From the NCBI GenBank assembly GCA_964016885.1, contig OZ024764.1, forward strand, positions 7,130,001 through 7,194,000: a stretch of DNA of 64,000 nucleotides, in the 5' to 3' direction. The notes under the pieces are model-generated. The model saw nothing but the letters and a program-made list of their open reading frames with translations, was not told the origin of the DNA and searched no databases. The stretch is from Eledone cirrhosa. Its lineage: Eukaryota. The position numbers and the translations under genes were made by a program. Below, piece after piece: positions 13,151 to 26,258 of the stretch (positions are counted from its first letter, which is position 1; the number at the start of each line of letters is the position of its first letter).

Positions 13151-13694
13151 TGGTAGTAATCGCAGTGATAGGATTTCTATCTAGAAAGTTCCCCCTTCTG
13201 AGACACAAAAGGTGGGGACAAGGTGTGTTTGTGGAGGACCAGCCTCTCCCCCACCTCTTACTGCCATCACTCCATACCCCCTCTCCCCACCTCCTCCCCT
13301 CTCCCGACACCTCCTCCCCTCTCCCGACACCTCCTCCCCTCTCCCCGCCACCTTCCCCCTCTATCTCATCTCCTCCTCCCCCTCCACACCCATCTTGTCC
13401 AAGGTAAAGCAATGGCTGACATGACTTAAAACTAGAGACGCCGCAACTCATTTCAACAGGTAATATATATTATATATATATATATATATATGTCTTCATT
13501 TTCACCTATCTCTCTCTATATATTTATATACATATACGTTAGGAATTCTATCAGAATTAATTCATCTTTATGCTTTTAGGCTCATTTTTGCTCTCGAAAT
13601 CCATCCTAACTCTAACAAGATGTGGTGGAATGTATTCTCGCTGTACCTTGTTGTTGTTTCAAGTCAATTAAAGATGGCTTTATTATTTAAATTA

Positions 13695-14490
13695 TAATTG
13701 TTTCTACTTTTGGCACAAGGCCAGCAATTATTCCAGTACATTACTGGTACTTTTATTTTATCGACCCCGTAAGGATTAAAGGCAAAGTTAACCTCGGCCG
13801 TAACTCTGCTAGACAGCATGGCGTTCGAATGGCGGTGGATTGGCAATATCGGTGGAGGGTCGGACGTTAGGCTTTGACGCATAGAGTTACAGCCTTTGCC
13901 ATTCTGAGTTCAAATCCCGCCGAGGTTAACTTTGCCTTTCATCCTTACGGGGTCGATAAAATAAAGTACCAGTAATGCACTGGGGTAATTGCTGGCCTTG
14001 TGCCAAAAAGTAGAAACAATTTAAATTATAAGGATATAATGATAAAGATCCCATAACTCCTTGTGTAATCGTAGAGGTACCGTCACACAGTGTGTCTAGG
14101 GCACATTTAAACCTGACGGAGCCCAAACCTCTCCAAGGTCTGAACACAGCTGATTATTTCTAGTATTGGCAATATCAGTGGAGGGTCGGACGCCATGCTT
14201 TGACGCATAGAGCTACGGCCCTTGCCATTCTGAGTTCAAATCCCGCCGAGGTTAACTTTGCCTTTCATCCTTACGGGGGTCGATAAAATAAAGTACCAGT
14301 AATAGACTGGGGTAATTGCTGGCCTTGTGCCAAAAAGTAGAAACAATTATTTCTATAGTGGAAGAATCGACACCAGTACAGGACTGGTACTTTATCGACC
14401 TCGAAAGGATGAAAGGCAAATTTGACCCCGGAGGGATTTGAACTGAGAGCGAGGGGCACCGTCATATGGTGTGTCTAGGGCACTTTTAAA
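13695..14490. mobile_element. cluster of four SINE copies or fragments in -,+,+,- orientation
   Basis: GAGTTCAAATCCCGCCGAGGTTAACTTTGCCTTTCATCC at ~13905 and ~14232. Reverse-complement copies at 13695-13810 and 14370-14490. Confidence 0.8.
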
Positions 14491-14571
14491 CCTGTATGGA
14501 TATATGTTTGACTTGAAAAGATGGCGACTTTTAGAAATTGGTTAAAAGCAGACGACAGTACCTGTTGTGGT

Positions 14572-14618
14572 TGTATATATATGTGTGTGATTGTGTGTAT
14601 ATATATATAATGTGTGAT

Positions 14619-14662
<44 letters not shown>

Positions 14663-14995
14663 ATTGTGTGTATATATATAATGTGTGATTGTGTGTATAT
14701 ATATAATGTGTGATTGTGTGTGTATATATAATGTGATTGTGTGTGTATATATATGTGTGATTGTGTGTGTATATATATATGGTGTGATTGTGTGTATATA
14801 TATATGTGATTGTGTGTATACATATATGTGATTGTGTGTATGTGTGATTGTGTGTATATATATATATGTGATTGTGTCTGTATATATGTGTGATTATGTG
14901 TATATATATAATGTGATTGTGTGTGTATATAAATGTGTGATTGTGTGTGTATATATATGTGTGTGTATATATATATATGTGATTGTGTGTGTAGA

Positions 14996-15026
<31 letters not shown>

Positions 15027-15099
15027 GTGTGATTGTGTGTATATATGTGTGATTGTGTATGTATATATATATGTGATTGTGTGTATATATATGTGTGAT

Positions 15100-15141
<42 letters not shown>

Positions 15142-15630
15142 ATTGTGTGTGTATATATGTGATTGTGTGTGTATATATATGTGATTGTGTGTATATATGT
15201 GTGATTGTGTGTATATATATATATGTGATTGTGTGTATATATGTGTGATTGTGTGTATATATGTGTGATTGTGTGTGTATATATATAATGTGATTGTGTG
15301 TGTATATATATAATGTGATTGTGTGTGTATATATGTGATTGTGTGTTTATATGTAATGATTGTGTGTGTATATATATATATATATATAAAAATGTGTGAT
15401 TGTGTGTGTATATATATATGTGTGATTGTGTGTGTATATATGTGATTGAGTGTCTATATATAATGTGATTGTGTGTATATATATATATGTGTGTGTGTAT
15501 ATATGTGTGATTGTATGTATATATAAATGTGTGAATATATATCGTTTAACGTCCATGTTCCACGCTTGCATGATAATGTATGTGTGTATGTATTGTATAA
15601 ATGTATGTGTGATTGTGTGTATATATAAAC

Positions 15631-15673
<43 letters not shown>

Positions 15674-15729
15674 TAGGTAACTGTGTATGTATTGTATAAA
15701 TGTATGTGTGATTGTGTGTATATATAAAC

Positions 15730-15778
<49 letters not shown>

Positions 15779-15792
15779 TAGGTAACTGTGTA
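14572..15792. repeat. (TA)n/(TG)n compound repeat grading into a ~120-bp unit
   Basis: Recurrent GTGATTGTGTGTATAT motif. The last units are the same as those at 17340-17998. Confidence 0.9.
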
Positions 15793-17340
15793 TCATCATC
15801 ATCATCACCGTTTTACGTCCGTTCTTCCACGCTAGCATGGGTTAGATGGGTTGTCCTGTTGTGTGCAGTGTCTGGTCGGCTGACCATGCCTTGCTCATAC
15901 AGGAACTGATCTGGCTTGATTTCTACAGCTGGATGCCCTTCCTAACACCAACCTCATTTACAGTGAGTGTTGGGTGCTTTTTCGTGGCGCCTACACGTCC
16001 ACTTTACAGTGTGGGCTGGGTGCTTTTTTGCCGTGGCACCTCCACGACCACCTTGCGGTGGGGGGTGTGGGGGCATATTGTTTATATGCTTCAGCATGTA
16101 CCTTTGGGAGGTCGGGTACTCTGTATTACTGCGTGACGCCAGAAGTCACGGTCGTGTGTCATTGTCTTTGAGAGGTGTAATTGGGTAAGGTCGGCTTTTA
16201 TCACCTCATCCCAGGTCATCTTAGGTCTCCCCACTCCGCGGTTTCCATCAACTTCTAGTGTTCTGCACCTTTTTATGCAGCTGTCATCCTTCATACGCAT
16301 CACATGTCCATACCAGCGCAACCGCCTCTCCTGCACACAGCATTTGATTCCTCTTATGCTCAGTCTTTCTCTCAATTCATTTATGCTTTGTCGTTCACGT
16401 ATATTACTGTTACACATCCATCGGAGCATGCAGGCTTCGTTTCTCTCTAATCTACGTAAGTCTTCCACCTTCAGCGCCCAGGTCTCACTACCATGCAACA
16501 TCGCTGTTCGGATACACGCATCATACAGTCTGCCTTTCATTCTGAGGGAGAAGCCTTTTGCAGCTAGCAGTGGTAGTAGTTCCCTAAACTTCTTCCATCC
16601 CGTTCTTACCCTAGTTATTGTACTTTCTGAACACCCACCTCCGTTGCTAATTCGGTCACCTAGGTAGCAGAAGCTGTCTACTGTTTCTACAGGGCCCTCC
16701 CAGAGATTGGTGGTGCTTGTTTCCTGTGGCTGTTTGCTGCTTGCTGTTTCAGTACAGCTGCTGCATGTGAATCCTACATTCTTAATTAAGCTTCCTGAGA
16801 TCCCGCTACATCTCTTGTGTACCCATTGTTTGCATTTGGGGCAGAGAATGGAGTTCCTACCTACACCTTTCCTACATACTGAGCAAGGCCATTTCCCTGA
16901 GGGGATCTGGGTTCTGTTTTCTCGTCTACTTACAAGGACCTTAGTCTTTGTCATGTTGACTTTGAGACCCTTTCTCTCTAGTCCCTGCTTCCAGGTTTGG
17001 AATTTATTCTCTAGTTCTATCATAGATTCAGCTATGAGTGCGAGGTCATCAGCATACAGGAGTTCCTATGGGCATCCGGTCTTAAATTCCTCCGTTATTG
17101 CCTGCAGGACTATGATGAACAGAAGAGGGCTAAGAACAGAGCCCTGGTGGACCCCAACCTGTACGCTAAATTCCTCGCTATACTCATTGCTAATCCTAAC
17201 TTTGCTGACTGCTCCTCTATACATGATTACAGCACGTGGAACTCTGTCAAAGGCTTTCTCAAGGTCGACAAATGCCAAGTAGAGTGGCTTACTTTTAGCT
17301 AGGTACTTTTCCTGTAATTGCCTCACAAGGAAGAGGGCAT
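15793..17340 (-). mobile_element. 5'-truncated RTE LINE with (GAT)n tail, inserted into a satellite
   Basis: RT and C-terminal ORFs are nearly identical to 59519-61591, apart from one stop (GCP*) and an internal deletion. (CAT)n on the + strand at 15794. Confidence 0.95.
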
Positions 17341-17455
17341 ATGTGTGATTGTGTGTATATATAAACGTGTGCATATATATATATATACACACACACACAT
17401 AGGTAACTGTGTATGTATTGTATAAATGTATGTGTGATTGTGTGTATATATAAAC

Positions 17456-17504
<49 letters not shown>

Positions 17505-17742
17505 TAGGTAACTGTGTATGTATTGTATAAATGTATGTGTGATTGTGTGTATATATAAACGTGTGCATATATGTATATATATATATACACACACACATAG
17601 GTAACTGTGTATGTATTGTATAAATGTATGTGTGATTGTGTGTATATATAAACGTGTGCATATATATATATATACACACACACACATAGGTAACTGTGTA
17701 TGTATTGTATAAATGTATGTGTGATTGTGTGTATATATAAAC

Positions 17743-17799
<57 letters not shown>

Positions 17800-17998
17800 T
17801 AGGTAACTGTGTATGTATTGTATAAATGTATGTGTGATTGTGTGTATATATAAACGTGTGCATATATGTATATATATACACACACACATAGGTAACTGTG
17901 TATGTATTGTATAAATGTATGTGTGATTGTGTGTATATATAAACGTGTGCATATATATATATATACACACACACACATAGGTAACTGTGTATGTATTC
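17340..17998. repeat. ~115-130-bp microsatellite-containing tandem unit, ~5.5 copies
   Basis: Repeated ...AAACGTGTGCA(TA)n(CA)nTAGGTAACTGTGTATGTATTGTATAAATGT... Confidence 0.92.
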
Positions 17999-17999
17999 T

Positions 18000-18396
18000 T
18001 GCTCGACGAGGTCGGAGTCATCCTAAGCCAACGATCCTAAAGCATCGTTGTGCGTAGACCCGACCAGGTGCACCAGCCTCCTGCATTGCTGGTGGGGCCT
18101 GCTGTCGGCCCTCTTCCACTCTGCAGCTACTTTAAGGCCCAGGTAATCGGAAGATATTTCCGCAGAAGCACATTGGGCGGGAAGCTGTGGGCTGATCCAT
18201 GCAACACTTTGCTGGAAACATGGTGGCCCCATTTGATATTCTTCATGGTCCTCAGCGCTCTGCTATCGAAGCTGTCAATCCTCTTTACCAGGATCTTTGT
18301 GAGGGGCCACGTTTCTGCTTCAAAGAGGAGAACTGAGAGAACCGATGCATTGTAATTACGGAGCTTCGTCTTCTGGGTGATTGAGCAATGGCCCCA
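18000..18396 (-). mobile_element. RTE ORF2 C-terminal fragment (other family)
   Basis: TKLRNYNASVLSVLLFEAETWPLT...IDSFDSRALR. Confidence 0.8.
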
Positions 18397-18508
18397 AAGA
18401 TATATATATTTAAAGGTTAAACCAGGTTCAATGAATAAATCAATGAATAAAGTTTTACAATAGATTAGAAGCACTCCACAGAAAATGGTTTTCCCGAGTT
18501 ATCAATAT

Positions 18509-18774
18509 TAATTTAAAATATTAACAAATATAGACATTTGTGTGATCAAATATATTTTATTATACATATTTCAGAGGTACTGAGCTATCTTCAACAGTAC
18601 GTCCTCATGACTACCATGACTGAATTTTAACCATCTACTTAGTCAAGGTATGTCATGCATCATCTTATTTTATCTGATGAGGACGTACTGTTGAAGATAG
18701 CTCAGTACCTCTGAAATATGTATAATAAAATATACTTGATCACACGAATGTTTATATTTGTTAATATTTTGAAT

Positions 18775-18776
<2 letters not shown>
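18509..18776. repeat. long inverted repeat, 100-bp arms (18509-18608 / 18677-18776)
   Basis: The arms are near-perfect reverse complements with a 68-nt spacer. Confidence 0.93.
18666..18732 (+). ncRNA. minimal type I hammerhead ribozyme motif (Penelope-like)
   Basis: Stem I TATTTTAT/ATAAAATA, core CTGATGA, stem II GGACGTACTG/CAGTACCTCT (9 of 10 pairs), GAAA, short stem III TATGTA, cleavage triplet AUA. Confidence 0.75.
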
Positions 18777-18811
<35 letters not shown>

Positions 18812-19267
18812 CAAATTAAAAAAGGGAGTTAAAGACTCACATTAATCCCCTATAATTTAATAAGCTCAAGGAATAGATTCCGGGCTCTAGAGAAGTACAC
18901 AGAGATATGATTGAACATATATCTCTGTGTTCTCCCTATATGCTGACATATATATATATATATGAAAACTTTTAAATATATATCGTTATTTTGTTGTATG
19001 TATTGTTTGTACCTTCGGTCGGTTCTCTTGGTGTCACATTTTATAACTACGGTGTTTAACTCTGGACTTAATGTTTCTTTCTAACTTCCGATCCATTGCT
19101 TTGTGATTGCCTCAAACAAATCAAATTGTACTAATTGCTATACTGCAGCTAAAGTTAGATTTACAAATATTATAAATATATATAACAGATAATTATGGGA
19201 GTATATATTTTTGATAGTAGATAACATGAGGTTTTGCCAGTAAAATCTGACCACATATTCTCTCCTA

Positions 19268-22200
19268 AGACATTTTAACCACATGTCTGTAGTATTAGAG
19301 CTGTGATCTCTCAATTCAGAGATTCTTTCCTGAGACATTCTAACCACATGTCTGTAGTATCAGAGCTGTGATCTCTCAATTCAGAGATTCTTTCTTGAGA
19401 CATTCTAACCGCATGTCTGTAGTATCAGAGCTGTGATCTCTCAATTCAGAGATTCTTTCCTCAGACATTCTAACCACATGTCTGTAGTATCAGAGCTGTG
19501 ATCTCTGAATTCAGAGATTCTTTCCTCAGACATTCTAATCACATGTCTGTAGTATCAGAGCTGTGATCTCTCAATTCAGAGATTCTTTCCTGAGACATTC
19601 TAACCACATGTCTGTAGTATCAGAGCTGTGATCTCTGAATTCAGAGATTCTTTCCTCAGACATTCTAATCACATGTCTGTAGTATCAGAGCTGTGATCTC
19701 TCAATTCAGAGATTCTTTCCTGAGACATTCTAACCACATGTCTGTAGTATCAGAGCTGTGATCTCTGAATTCAGAGATTCTTTCTTGAGACATTCTAACC
19801 GCATGTCTGTAGTATCAGAGCTGTGATCTCTCAATTCAGAGATTCTTTCCTGAGACATTCTAACCACATGTCTGTAGTATAAGAGCTGTGATCTCTCAAT
19901 TCAGAGATTCTTTCCTGAGACATTCTAACCACATGTCTGTAGTATCAGAGCTGTGATCTCTGAATTCAGAGATTCTTTCCTGAGACATTCTAACCACATG
20001 TCTGTAGTATCAGAGCTGTGATCTCTCAATTCAGAGATTCTTTCTTGAGACATTCTAACTACATGTCAGTAGTATCAGAGCTGTGATCTCTCAATTCAGA
20101 GATTCTTTCCTCAGACATTCTAACCACATGTTTGTAGTATAAGAGCTGTGATCTCTCAGTCCAGAGATTCTTTCCTCAGACATTCTAACCACATGTCTGT
20201 AGTATCAGAGCTGTGATCTCTCAATTCAGAGATTCTTTCCTCAGACATTCTAACCACATGTCTGTAGTATCAGAGCTGTGATCTCTCAGTCCAGAGATTC
20301 TTTCCTCAGACATTCTAACCACATGTCTGTAGTATCAGAGCTGTGGTCTCTCAATTCAGAGATTCTTTCCTGAGACATTCTAACCACATGTCTGTAGTAT
20401 CAGAGCTGTGATCTCTCAATTCAGAGATTCTTTCTTGAGACATTCTAACCGCATGTCTGTAGTATCAGAGCTGTGATCTCTCAATTCAGAGATTCTTTCC
20501 TGAGACATTCTAACCACATGTCTGTAGTATCAGAGCTGTGATCTCTCAATTCAGAGATTCTTTCTTGAGACATTCTAACTACATGTCAGTAGTATCAGAG
20601 CTGTGATCTCTCAATTCAGAGATTCTTTCCTCAGACATTCTAACCACATGTTTGTAGTATAAGAGCTGTGATCTCTCAGTCCAGAGATTCTTTCTTCAGA
20701 CATTCTAACCACATGTCTGTAGTATCAGAGCTGTGATCTCTCAATTCAGAGATTCTTTCCTCAGACATTCTAACCACATGTCTGTAGTATCAGAGCTGTG
20801 ATCTCTCAGTCCAGAGATTCTTTCCTCAGACATTCTAACCACATGTCTGTAGTATCAGAGCTGTGATCTCTCAATTCAGAGATTCTTTCCTCAGACATTC
20901 TAACCACATGTCTGTAGTATCAGAGCTGTGATCTCTCAATTCAGAGATTCTTTCCTGAGACATTCTAACCACATGTCTGTAGTATAAGAGCTGTGATCTC
21001 TGAATTCAGAGATTCTTTCTTGAGACATTCTAACTACATGTCAGTAGTATCAGAGCTGTGATCTCTGAATTCAGAGATTCTTTCCTCAGACATTCTAATC
21101 ACATGTCTGTAGTATCAGAGCTGTGATCTCTCAATTCAGAGATTCTTTCCTGAGACATTCTAACCACATGTCTGTAGTATCAGAGCTGTGATCTCTGAAT
21201 TCAGAGATTCTTTCCTGAGACATTCTAACCACATGTCTGTAGTATCAGAGCTGTGATCTCTCAATTCAGAGATTCTTTCTTGAGACATTCTAACCACATG
21301 TTTGTAGTATAAGAGCTGTGATCTCTCAGTCCAGAGATTCTTTCCTCAGACATTCTAACCACATGTCTGTAGTATCAGAGCTGTGATCTCTCAATTCAGA
21401 GATTCTTTCCTCAGACATTCTAACCACATGTCTGTAGTATCAGAGCTGTGATCTCTCAGTCCAGAGATTCTTTCCTCAGACATTCTAACCACATGTCTGT
21501 AGTATCAGAGCTGTGGTCTCTCAATTCAGAGATTCTTTCCTGAGACATTCTAACCACATGTCTGTAGTATCAGAGCTGTGATCTCTCAATTCAGAGATTC
21601 TTTCTTGAGACATTCTAACCGCATGTCTGTAGTATCAGAGCTGTGATCTCTCAATTCAGAGATTCTTTCCTGAGACATTCTAACCACATGTCTGTAGTAT
21701 CAGAGCTGTGATCTCTCAATTCAGAGATTCTTTCTTGAGACATTCTAACTACATGTCAGTAGTATCAGAGCTGTGATCTCTCAATTCAGAGATTCTTTCC
21801 TCAGACATTCTAACCACATGTTTGTAGTATAAGAGCTGTGATCTCTCAGTCCAGAGATTCTTTCCTCAGACATTCTAACCACATGTCTGTAGTATCAGAG
21901 CTGTGATCTCTCAATTCAGAGATTCTTTCCTCAGACATTCTAACCACATGTCTGTAGTATCAGAGCTGTGATCTCTCAGTCCAGAGATTCTTTCCTCAGA
22001 CATTCTAACCACATGTCTGTAGTATCAGAGCTGTGATCTCTCAATTCAGAGATTCTTTCCTCAGACATTCTAACCACATGTCTGTAGTATCAGAGCTGTG
22101 ATCTCTCAATTCAGAGATTCTTTCCTCAGACATTCTAACCACATGTCTGTAGTATCAGAGCTGTGATCTCTCAATTCAGAGATTCTTTCCTCAGACATTC

Positions 22201-22702
22201 TAACCACATGTCTGTAGTATCAGAGCTGTGATCTCTCAGTCCAGAGATTCTTTCCTCAGACATTCTAACCACATGTCTGTAGTATCAGAGCTGTGATCTC
22301 TCAATTCAGAGATTCTTTCCTCAGACATTCTAACCACATGTCTGTAGTATCAGAGCTGTGGTCTCTCAATTCAGAGATTCTTTCCTCAGACATTCTAACC
22401 ACATGTCTGTAGTATCAGAGCTGTGGTCTCTCAATTCAGAGATTCTTTCCTGAGACATTCTAACCACATGTCTGTAGTATCAGAGCTGTGATCTCTCAAT
22501 CCAGAGATTCTTTCTTGAGACATTCTAACCACATGTCTGTAGTATCAGAGCTGTGATCTCTCAATTCAGAGATTCTTTCCTCAGACATTCTAACCACATG
22601 TCTGTAGTATCAGAGCTGTGATCTCTCAATTCAGAGATTCTTTCCTCAGACATTCTAACCTCATGTCTGTAGTATCAGAGCTGTGATCTCTCAATTCAGA
22701 GT
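19268..22702. repeat. 65-bp minisatellite, ~53 copies, derived from an RTE ORF2 C-terminus
   Basis: Unit AGACATTCTAACCACATGTCTGTAGTATCAGAGCTGTGATCTCTCAATTCAGAGATTCTTTCCTG. The minus-strand flanks and unit read IREWLLVELLL*IERSQL*YYRHVVKMS*ERICGQILLAKP. Confidence 0.95.
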
Positions 22703-22894
22703 AGCAGCTCAACCAGGAGCCACTCTCTGATGTTTCACAAGCGATAAAAGAAAAATCATATAGAAAACTCTGAGAAGGGGAAGCACACCTACCTCACTCC
22801 TACGTTTTCCTGGGTAAAAGGTCGATTGCGAGCATATTGGAGATTAGATTAGTTGATAGCACATGAAAAGATCGAGTAGAAAAAATGTTTCTTA

Positions 22895-23987
22895 CCAGGT
22901 ACCCCCACGGGTATCACCTGACACCTCAGTAAGGCGAGGCTAAGGTGCTGAAATAATCAGGTACCCTCACGGGTATCACCTGACACCTCAGTAAGGTGAG
23001 GCTAAGGTGCTGAAATAACCAGGTACCCTCACGGGTATCACCTGACACCTCAGTAAGGTGAGGCTAAGGTGCTGAAATAACCAGGTACCCTCACGGGTAT
23101 CACCTGACACCACAGTAAGGTGAGGCTAAGGTGCTGAAATAACCAGGTACCCTCACGGGTATCACCTGACACCTCAGTAAGGTGAAGTTAAGGTGCTGAA
23201 ATAACCAGGTACCCTCACGGGTATCACCTGACACCTCGGTAAGGCGAGGCTAAGGTGCTGAAATAACCAGGTACCCTCATGGGTATCACCTGACACCTCA
23301 GTAAGGTGAGGCTAAGGTGCTGAAATAACCAGGTACCCTCACGGGTATCACCTGACACCTCAGTAAGGTGAGGCTAAGGTGCTGAAATAACCAGGTACCC
23401 TCACGGGTATCACCTGACACCTCAGTAAGGTGAGGTTAAGGTGCTGAAATAACCAGGTACCCCTCACGGGTATCACCTGACACCTCAGTAAGGCGAGGCT
23501 AAGGTGCTGAAATAACCAGGTACCCTCACGGGTATCACCTGACACCTCGGTAAGGTGAGGTTAAGGTGCTGAAATAACCAGGTACCCTCATGGGTATCAC
23601 CTGACACCTCAGTAAGGTGAGGTTAAGGTGCTGAAATAACCAGGTACCCTCATGGGTATCACCTGACACCTCAGTAAGGTGAAGTTAAGGTGCTGAAATA
23701 ACCAGGTACCCTCACGGGTATCACCTGACACCTCAGTAAGGTGAGGTTAAGGTGCTGAAATAACCAGGTACCCTCATGGGTATCACCTGACACCTCAGTA
23801 AGGTGAAGTTAAGGTGCTGAAATAACCAGGTACCCTCACGGGTATCACCTGACACCTCAGTAAGGTGAAGTTAAGGTGCTGAAAGAACCAGGTACCCCTC
23901 ACGAGTATCACCTGACACCTCAGTAAGGTGAGGCTAAGGTGCTGAAATAACCAGGTACCCCTCACGAGTATCACCTGACACCTCAGG
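22895..23987. repeat. 62-bp minisatellite, ~17.5 copies, derived from a CRE-like element
   Basis: Unit CCAGGTACCCTCACGGGTATCACCTGACACCTCAGTAAGGTGAGGCTAAGGTGCTGAAATAA. A single-copy homologue lies at 12447-12507. Confidence 0.95.
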
Positions 23988-25095
23988 TGAGCATACATAA
24001 CATTAAAAATGCGTAAATAATGTTGAAGATGGGAGTCACTACATCCATAGCTTAACAGAATAAACTACTGAAATACCGTGATTTATTTAATAAACACCAT
24101 GGGATTATGATTATTTTTATTCATACGTTGTAAACAAACAACTGTTGTGGGGTACTCAACCAGTTTAAACATCCTTAAAACTAGTAATAAAATGTATTGA
24201 GGGCGCTTTTATGAATTGGAAAAGACAGATTGATAAATGCCGATGGTTTAAAGACCTGATAGTTTTACCATTGAGCTTTAGGTAAGAGATAGAAGCTTCA
24301 TATATGACACCAGTGTCAGCGAATATTTCACTCCATGTTGAAGGTGGCAGTCACTACAACCATAGCTTAACAGAATAAACTACTGAAATACTGGGGGGGG
24401 GGGGGGGGGGTGATCCATAAGTCTGTAGGTGGAAAAGAGGATTACATAAGCCTGTAGGTGGAAAAGAGGAAGGAACGAGGGAGCTCCCCTCTCTGTGCTC
24501 CTGAGGAGAAGGGTTGCACACTTTTTTCGGGGGTGTGTGCGACCCCCCAAGGCGCCTCCTCTCTATTGAGGATTTTGTTATAAATTTTATTTTTTGTTAT
24601 ATTTTATAACAAAATCCTCTATTGAGGATTTTGTTATAATTTTATTTTATTTTTATATATTGTTATTGCCTCCTCCCTATTGAGGGCTTTGTAAACTCCC
24701 CCCATTGTACTTGTCCCACTTTTGATGCCCTGGTGGCAAATAAAAGAAACATATCTCTTACCTAAAGCTCAATGGTTATGACGTGTTGTAAGCAATAAGT
24801 ATAGAGTTGTAAAGTTCAAATGAATATATAAAACAGTGGAGTGTACTAATGAAGAGTGACACCAAGAAGCATTAGTGTCTGCAGTTCTGTTTACATGCCA
24901 ATACAAGAGCAAGAAGGAGGAGCTCATTCCACTGACATGGCTTTAAAAAAGAGTCTGTGGTAGGGGGAAGGGGGTGGTGGTGTTAGTAATATTACCGGTG
25001 GGGTGGACCAATGTAGATGTGGGGGTGGCTGGATGTGGAGGGGAAGTGTTTTAGTGATGTTGATATGGGGGCACTGACAGGGGGACGGTCGAAGG

Positions 25096-25550
25096 CTAAA
25101 GGAAGAGGGGTGGGGAGTTCAAGTTGGGCGGGGGGTCTATGTGGAAGATGGTGCGTTGTTTGGCCCTAAGTTGGGTGTCGGGGGTCCCATGGCACTCAAT
25201 CAGGCCACAGATGGCTAGGTTGTGGGCGGAGTGTCTGGCGGAGCCAAAATGGCGGGCGATGGGGGAACTCCCACTGAGAAGAATGTCTTGGAGGTGCTCC
25301 GTGAAGCGATCCACCAGGGAATGTCCGGTCTGTCCGACATAGGTCGTGCCACACTCAGTGCAGCGGAGTACGTAGATGAGGTTGGAGGAGGTGCAGTGGA
25401 AGGCATGCCAGACAGAGAGAGAGAGGCCATTGGGACCCTGGAAGGTGACGGTGTTGGTGATGTGGGGTCTGGAGCAGGGAAGATAACCGGGGGGGGGGGG
25501 ATAGGGAGCTATGGACGAGGAGGTGGCGGAGGTTGCACGCGCATTTGAAG
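25096..25550 (-). mobile_element. Penelope-like GIY-YIG endonuclease fragment
   Basis: FHCTSSNLIYVLRCTECGTTYVGQTGHSLVDRFTEH...IARHF. Confidence 0.85.
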
Positions 25551-25598
25551 GAGGGGAGGGGTGGGAGTGGTAATATATATACATGTACACATACATAT

Positions 25599-25722
25599 AT
25601 CATCATCATCATCATCACCGTTTTACGTCCGTTCTTCCACGCTAGCATGGGTTAGACGGGTTGTCCTGTTGTGTGCAGTGTCTGGTCGGCTGACCATGCC
25701 TTGTTCATACAGGAACTGATCT
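25599..25722 (-). mobile_element. short RTE 3' tail with (GAT)n
   Basis: Almost identical to 15794-15912. Confidence 0.9.
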
Positions 25723-26258
25723 ATATATATATATATATACATTCATACATACATGCATATATATATATATATACACGCATACATACATACATAAATATAT
25801 ATATATATATATATATACACATACATCATCATCATCATCATCATCATTTTACGTCCGCTTTTCCCTGCTTGCAAGGGTGGGATGGGTCCTATTCAGCACA
25901 GTATCTCTCCACTTGTCATATAGGATGCAGTGTTGACAGGGATGTGGTCAAGGGGTCTCCACTGCCACAGACTCAACCACAAACCCATCAAAGAGCAGCT
26001 GAGACTTGGACAGTTTGCCCTCTTTGGTCTGGTTGTTAGTGAAACCTGGGATGCTAGTCATACACACCAGGTTGCCACAAGAGAAGGTGTTACAATGTGG
26101 ATTCCCAGACGAGGGACCTATCCTTGAACTGTGAAGAGACCTACTCCCTCCAGACCATCCTTAATGATCTTGTTGAGGGTAACATGACATGATAGGTGGA
26201 CAGCACTATAATGATGATGATGATGATGATGATGATGATATGTTAAATATATCTGTTA

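Noticed and set aside
13110-13451. Pro-rich and Gly-rich ORFs
   Set aside because: They come from a C-rich low-complexity tract next to an RTE fragment.
16275-17282. ORFs antisense to the RTE copies (also 34886-35758 and 60346-61461)
   Set aside because: They are shadow frames of the RTE ORF, repeated only because the element is repeated.
19268-23987. Possible CRISPR-like arrays
   Set aside because: The units are contiguous with no unique spacers, there are no cas genes, and the context is eukaryotic. The same applies to all other arrays in the window.
24495-24560. CTGAGGA followed by a hairpin as a hammerhead
   Set aside because: There is no GAAA after the stem.
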